64,000 nt of DNA from Cladosporium halotolerans (taxonomy: Eukaryota): assembly GCF_011745625.1 (NCBI RefSeq), contig NW_027191461.1:310001-374000 (forward strand), read 5' to 3'. The number at the start of each line of letters is the position of its first letter. The stretch's first letter is position 1. The notes beneath the pieces are model-generated. The model was not told the origin of the DNA. It ran no database searches and saw only the letters and a list, made by a program, of their open reading frames with translations. This document shows positions 57,574 through 64,000 of this stretch, one piece after another. Made by a program: the position numbers and the translations under genes.

Positions 57574-60211
57574 TCACCCCAACGTCCTCCCACTAACACT
57601 CACCCCCCTCCTCCCCGCCTCCGGCCTAACCGTCGAGCTGCGGCTCGCAGGGCTGAAACTCCTGTTGCGCGAGCGCTCCTCAGCAGCAGCGGCGGCGGCG
57701 GCAGCGGCGGCGCCGACGGCAAAGCGGTCCTCGCTCAGCGCCGACAGCCAGTTGGGGCCGAGCTCGCTTTTCAGGCTTTCGATTTTCGCCTTGTACAGTT
57801 CCGGCGCAGCGGCGGCGGGGGCGGCGCCGCCGGCGTCGGGGAGCGCGGGCTGCGGTGAGCGGGCGGGCGGGCTGAGGTCGTCTTCGTCGTCGTCGTCGGA
57901 GGGGTCGCGGATGCGGGGGGTCGCGGTGGGGGTGCTGAAAGACGTGCCGAGGTGGGGGCGGGTCGGGGTGGGCGGGAGGGTGCGGGTTTGCGTGGCGGGC
58001 GCGGTGGTGTAGTTTGGGGCGTCCGGGGTGGTGGGTTCCTCGGACTCGCTTTCGGGGCGGGGCGGGACCTCGACGAGCTGGGGGCGGGGCTCCGGGTCGG
58101 AGATGTCTAGCTGGGGGGGAGGGGGGATCTCTGCTTGGGAAAGCTCGACTATGCGCCTGCGCGGGGCTTTCTTCTTGCGCAGAGAATGCCGGGGGCCGAG
58201 GTCGCTGGTGTGGCGGCGATGGCCGTAGGAGGGCGGCGATTGGGGCGGCATGGGTGTTTTGTCTTCGGTTGTTGTCGTGAAGGGATCATGGGTTGCACCG
58301 GGGACCGAGCTGTCCTCCTCCGATTCGGATTCGGGCTTGATCACGGGACGGGCGACGGGTTCGGGGACCCTATCAACGAGCTGCTTCTTCTCGTGAGATA
58401 GCGGCCCTTGCGAATCGATGGTGATGTCTTGCGAGTGTCCGGGTGTCGAACGGAAGAGGTTGAAGATCGTAACCCTATGGTTTGAGTGGGTTCGTGTGAA
58501 CGGGTTCTTAGCAACATATACATCTATTATGTCGGGTATGCCTGTAAGTCGAGCCAATTCGGTCGGGTCGCGAAGCTTGTTGTCGCGAACATCGATCCGC
58601 TCGAGAGAATAGAGCTTTTCAATCCCGGAGAGGGATTGCAGACGGTTCGAGCGCAAGTTGAGTGTGGTAATTGCCGGCAAGGGGCTGTGAGCCAGGGTTT
58701 GCACATTTCCAATCATGCAGTTACTGAGGTTCAACGCCCGCAGATGTGTGAGAGACGCAAGTGCATCGGGTATATCGTAGAAGAGGTTGCCCGACAAATC
58801 GAGAGATTGTAGCGTACCTGCAACAGGAGCAAAGCTGGCAGCACTCAGGGCAAAAAGACCATTCTCCGCCAAGCTCAGGTGACGAAGGAAGCGCCACTTG
58901 GACGAAGGGAGAATAGTCATGCCCAGAAGATCGCTCGTGCTATGCCGAGGACTCATGTCGTGGGTGCTCGAACTATCGCTTCCTGACGATCTCCGTAGTT
59001 TGGGTGTTCCACTGCGATGGCCACGTTGCAGAGAGCCGTGCCGTGAGCTGACAGGCCTGCCTGGGGAGTTACTGCGTTGGCGAGCCTTTGGTACCGACGT
59101 CTTTTTACCGTCGCTCGAGCCCTGCTTTGACAAGCTGATGCTCTGCGGACTGCCGGCGATGGAAATCCGTCTCTGGTCTACGAGCGGGGAGTTCGGAGTT
59201 GAGAAAGAGCGCGCAAGTTCCGCATACTTCGCTTTTGGGCTTGCAGTCGGCCATGGCAATCCTGAAGTAGAAGGTGTTGTCGGCATAGGCGCTCTCGACG
59301 ACCGCCGCCGACGCTTGTCCATATCGTCGAGGACAATGTTCAACAGCAGATCGATGGGATCGTCCACGTTCGCACGACGTACGGTCAAGCTGCGCACCTG
59401 CTCGGCGAGCCTGTCCCAACCGTAGAACTGCCTGAAGTCCAGGTCACAAACCTCAAGCGCACCCAGGTTCTTGAAGACGAAGAGCGGGACGGCGGCGTCA
59501 AAGGGGAACTCTTCGAAGCCAGAGATGAGGTGCGCCCTGTGGTCCGGCGAGAGCCGGAGCGCGGGTATCTTCGTGAAGCACGAATATAGATACTTGATAT
59601 CATCGCGGAATTGTGCCATTTGCTTCTCTTGCTTTGCGACGCTATTGGACAGCGTGAAGGACGACCACATGGAAGACATGCTCGACATGACACTTCGCAC
59701 ACTCGAGACCGACTTGAGGGAGTCGGCATCGGATTGTCTACCTCTTGATTTGGGAGCGTTGCCGAGGAAGGAAACATAGTTGGAGGGAGGGACGTCTGCA
59801 TGGATGTTCTCGAGGCGGATGTTCATGGGGCCGACATCTACTCCTAGATCGTCGAACTTGGTGAGGAGGTAATAGAGGTGGTGAGGCGTGAGGGTGAGCT
59901 TCGCCGGCTTCACGTTCTGCGAGGCAAAGGAGAGGTAAGGGCGGGAGAGGGCGTCGGCGAGGGTGTAGGTGGAGGAGGTCGACGATGCCGCGGCCTTGGA
60001 GGAGGAGGATTGTGTCTGGCCATTTTTATTGCGCTGCCGCTGCAGTTGTAGCGCATTTGCGAGAGCCCGCTCATGGGTGCGTACAAAGTAGGCGAGATTC
60101 TGCGAAGAGAGATTGCAGGTTAGCGAATGCTCGAACGGCAGGAAGCGAGAAAAAGCAGCTCCAGGCGGCGACACATGCCTTTACGAATACTTGCCCATCC
60201 TCCGAGTCCAT
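57574..60211 (-). CDS. Conserved fungal leucine-rich-repeat protein (nischarin-related type); exons 60211-60179 and 60099-57574 joined by a GC-AG intron
   Basis: MDSEDGQVFVK|NLAYFVRTHERALANALQL; AKLTLTPHHLYYLL; LRR block LRHLSLAEN.L, LQSLDLSGN.F, LRALNLSNC.I, ITTLNLRSNRL, LERIDVRDNKL; NPF cap. Confidence 0.88.
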
Positions 60212-61013
60212 CGTAACGCGGAGGACTTGTAACCATACATGAGCGCAGGACGCAGATCGAAGATGCTGCGGAAAGGGAGGCAGAGGGCGCTGGAGCAGTC
60301 CAGGAGCGCTCTCAGGCTGGGTGCCTGCAGTGACTGGATGCAGGCGCCTGCCGTGTGACTAGGTAAGGTACGGGAGGGTCGAGGGTGCTAGGTCATCAGA
60401 TGATGCCTGAAGCCGCGCGGGCAGTGGGTGAGCGCTTCCACTGGATGTCCTGAAGAAAATCACAATAATGTCAGAAATGTCTTTCGCATTCGCCCCGGTC
60501 CGCGCAACCGACAAGGCTGGAGTCCAGGAGGCGGGCCTGGACACCATTTTCGCAGGCGTGCAGGCGCGGCACGCACAGCAGCAGCAGGCAGTGTGGCATC
60601 CCGCGCGGTGGGAATGAGCACTCACCAGGTGTGATACGGCGCCGGTCACGCTGTCGACAATCCCTCGTCCACGGGCGCTCGGTCCCACGTCAGCCAACCA
60701 CGCGCGCTGGACGATGGAGAGTGCTTGGAGGGGCAACAGCCGGAGCTGAGGATGGGCCAGAAAGCGGCGCAGGACTCGGGCCTGCGGTGGCCGAGGCCGA
60801 GTGTTATGTATGTGTATGCGTATGTACGAGATACGGCGGCGGCGGCGAGAGGCATGGGCGGGAGGCGCGGTGTGAAGGGTCGCGCGGGCCAACAATAACG
60901 GTATGGCTTCATGCACACAATCGGAGACACGGCGGAGGCTAGTCGAGACGCGGGTGGGACCCTGGCCCTTAGCAGATTGCAGCGTGAGGATCAGACAACC
61001 CATAGTCTGTATG

Positions 61014-61057
61014 CTACTGGTCTACTGGTCTACTGGTCTACTGGTCCACTGGTCTAC
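61014..61057. repeat. 8-bp minisatellite (CTACTGGT)x~5.5
   Basis: Read directly; one CCACTGGT variant. Confidence 0.9.
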
Positions 61058-62983
61058 CGCCCACGCGCTGCCGTGCGACTCGCAGGAGGAGTCCTGGCGC
61101 GCGCGAGGGCGGTGAGCGGCGTGCTTTCGCGGTCCGCCGTGCAAGTGGTTTGCAGCAGCGCGCGACGGGGCATGCCAGCGGCCTGACAGGCCGGGAGAGC
61201 CTGGCGGCGGGCGTGCACGGCTGGGCCCAAATACCTGCCTACAACCGTCTCCAGCTGCGGGCTGCCTGGCTACCTGGCGTGAGTGGAGGGCGCTAAAATG
61301 ACTTGCCAATTTCTCTTGCATCCCGCCCGCCACCAGCTGTCCCTCCTCCCACGGCCTCGCTACTGTACACGCTGACGGCGACCGCTCCGCTCGTGTATTC
61401 GCGGTGTCCGTCGCCGTGGCCGCGTCGCCTTGGGTCGGCCGGCTGGCGCGGACTGCGATGCACACAGGTGCAGGCCGGCCAAGGCGCTTGCGGGCGCGGT
61501 GGTGGTGGTGGTGTCTGCCCTGCCGGCACCACCGTCGCAGGGCAAGGCGCGCTGCTAATGCGCTGCGAGCCTGCACCACCCTGCCCACCCCCACGCTACT
61601 AAACTCAGACTGCGTCGCCGGCCGGAGGTCGTGCAGGCGGCATGACGGATGGTCTCACCATCCTTCGGCAACACCGCGCCCACGACTCCCACGACTCCAT
61701 GGGAGATGCGCGGGGTGCTCCTTCACTTCCTCCTGCTCCACTCGGCGTCTGCCCCGCAGCCGCTGCAAGCGAGCAGAAATGATGTTGTGCGACATGCAAG
61801 TCATGTGCCTCCAGGCGCAGCGCGGCTCTGGCAGGGCGGCCGAAGTGTTATGTACACACGCCAGCGATCGGTCGCTTATCGCATCTGCCCGCCCGCCAGA
61901 CTCCCCTAAGCCGACCCTGACTTCAGATGACGCCTTCGGGGTCCTGGCCACACGCTGCTGATGATCTTCACCGAAGACCCTTGCCACGCCGGCGCCCGAC
62001 GCGTCTCCTGCCACCCCGGGCAGATCCTCAGCCGCCCGGCGTTTGCACACGGTATAGACACACCCAAGACAGACTCATGTATGCATGTCGCAGACGCGCA
62101 AAACTTTTCTACCCGCCCGACCAACACCGGCTGCACGCTGCCCCTCCCCCCAGCTTCGCGCATGAATGCAAGCTGCGGCCTTGACGTTAGCCGCAGACGC
62201 GCTCCCAGACTCGCACAGCCAATCCAGCGCTCGCAATGCGGACGACACGCTGTCCGACGCGGCTACTGACAGCAGCGCTCCAGCCATCGCCAGTCTGTGC
62301 ACACACCGCTCGCATGCCGGCCTGTTGTGTTTGACGCCGCCGACTACCGCCGGACTAACTGCGGGGCCATCAAATATTTTCTCGTCCTATCAGTTGGCGG
62401 GGTCTCCGGTGGTATACGTGTGTCTCGACAGACAGCCCCTCCAGCGTGCCAGCGTACACAGGCGGATGGCGGGGCAGGTGAGGTCACACGCGACGGTGGC
62501 ACGCAGCCCCACGAGCTCTCCAGCACGGGGAGCGTGCTTTAGCGAGTCTGCCGCCCCTGACTCGCGTCGCTATAGCGCCATGTCAAACCCGAGCTGCCAC
62601 CAGATGCGCCATATCTGCCGAGCGATTGGGCCTTCGGCGAGCGGCCTCTGACGCCATGCTCGACGAAACGTGCAAGTCCCTTGGGCGGCGATGACCACGG
62701 CTTCGACTTCACCACCACTAACACTGTTCTTGGCGCGACTGCAACCAGATCGTCCAAGCGCTACTGTGTCGTTCGACCGACATGGTTAGCTATGGCATCA
62801 TGCTAAAGCGCGGCTTTAAGTCGACATACCGCCTCCAGCCTTGCCGCGCGATCACCAGGCGCTCTTTACAAGGCATCCCTGCGTATTACCACACCGATCT
62901 ATGAGGCTCTGTCGACCCTGAACCTACGCTGCGACCAAACCCTAAGGAAGGCAAGGGAGTGAGAAAAATAGTAATATGCCTCA

Positions 62984-63010
62984 CAGCCAGCCAGCCAGCC
63001 AGCCAGCCAG
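62984..63010. repeat. (CAGC)n microsatellite
   Basis: Read directly. Confidence 0.9.
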
Positions 63011-63934
63011 AGTGGATCTTGATGAGCGCATTCCACCTGCTGTCGATTTCGCGCAAGCCTCTCCTCTCGATGACACTTCCCAGACCTGACAAACAGAAAC
63101 CCGGAGAAATCTCTCGTCGCGCCCTGAAGACGCAGGCTCAGGCCCAACGTGGCCTTCGATGCACGCGTGACACCCCAGGCCGAAGATGCCCGGGGAATGT
63201 CGCGCTGGGTGGGTGTGCGTGTGCGGGTGGTGCTGACTCGTTTGCAGAGAGGTGTGCGCTGCGTGCATGCGCGACCGCTCGGCCATCACCGATCTTGGTG
63301 TGCGGGTTCACTCCGTGGTTGTGCCAACCATTGCGGACAATCGAGCGTTGGCAGATGTCTCTCTGCTCGTTCGCGACGCCACTGTATCGTGGAATTATGT
63401 ACCGCTGTTTGCGTGTGCGCTCTATCGATCGGCAGGCACAGTGCTCACGCAGCTGCGTCTCTACGTGGCTGCTCGGCAACAGTAGAACGCCTTGGTGAAG
63501 AAGAGCTCCTTTGAAGAAGCATCCTGGCATCGCTTGGACACGGAACTTGACCCATTCAGATATAGCCCTGCCTCGCCCGAAGGAAGTCAGACGGTCGGGA
63601 AAGCGCTAATTTGGTAATATCGACGACCTCGAAGCATACTTTCATTATACCAGTACAGACGGCCTCGTTGCTCTGAAGTGCAAACGTGAGCCTCGCTGCG
63701 GAAACCGTCAGGGTAGGAAAACAAGGACAACGGTATTCGCCTCAGATATCAAATACGTTAGCTTCCGGCAATTGATGACTATTCAAGCTGGGTATATCCC
63801 ATATTAACAACTTCTATCAAGTCAAAGTCAACGAACAACCACCAAACTCACGTCGCTCTCTCCGACTTCCTCTCCGCAGCTCTCAACAGACAATCCCGCA
63901 TCCCACCACGCCTCGAATCGACCAACACCGAATC

Positions 63935-64000
63935 ATGGTTCGTCCCCTCACACGTCCTCGTCTCAAAATCCACCCACTCACCCACCCCCTCCTGCCGCCA
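63935..64000 (+). CDS. Probable start of the next gene: ATG followed immediately by an intron; product unknown
   Basis: C/A-rich leader, AATCATG context, then a GTTCGT donor-like site and pyrimidine-rich sequence up to the window end. Confidence 0.4.
   Translation, partial: MVRPLTRPRLKIHPLTHPLLPP

Overview
Eukaryotic, intron-containing fungal DNA from a filamentous ascomycete. Gene content, short GT-AG introns with CTRAY branch sites and high GC are most consistent with a Dothideomycete, but the taxon is inferred. The window is a gene-dense, mostly housekeeping segment with about 26 protein genes and two intron-containing tRNAs (Asp-GTC, Asn-GTT). Protein genes in order: RNase H2 subunit C (partial), DUF4385, Rdx/SelW-like, PL3 pectate lyase, YTA7/ATAD2, AGC1/aralar, NAT3, BVMO-type monooxygenase, MFS transporter, eIF4E, mitochondrial bL36, SWC3, a SOD-fold orphan, an RBR ligase, GH3 beta-xylosidase, NAT4/NAA40, LYRM2, a coiled-coil orphan, SAM37/metaxin, an ankyrin protein, a CheD/CNF1-like putative deamidase, VPS5, CDH1, PP1 and an LRR protein. 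No CRISPR, rRNA or recognisable transposon was found. The strongest unexplained signal is a tandem pair of homologous ~100-nt hairpins (4451-4653) just downstream of the YTA7 stop codon, carrying at least four compensatory base-pair changes between the copies and splice-signal-like ends. Other notable items are an accessory deamidase + ankyrin segment (43.2-46.3 kb), a ligand-depleted Cu/Zn-SOD-fold protein, a +1 frame break in the Rdx gene and a GC-AG intron. All family assignments come from motif recognition by eye; no database searches were run.
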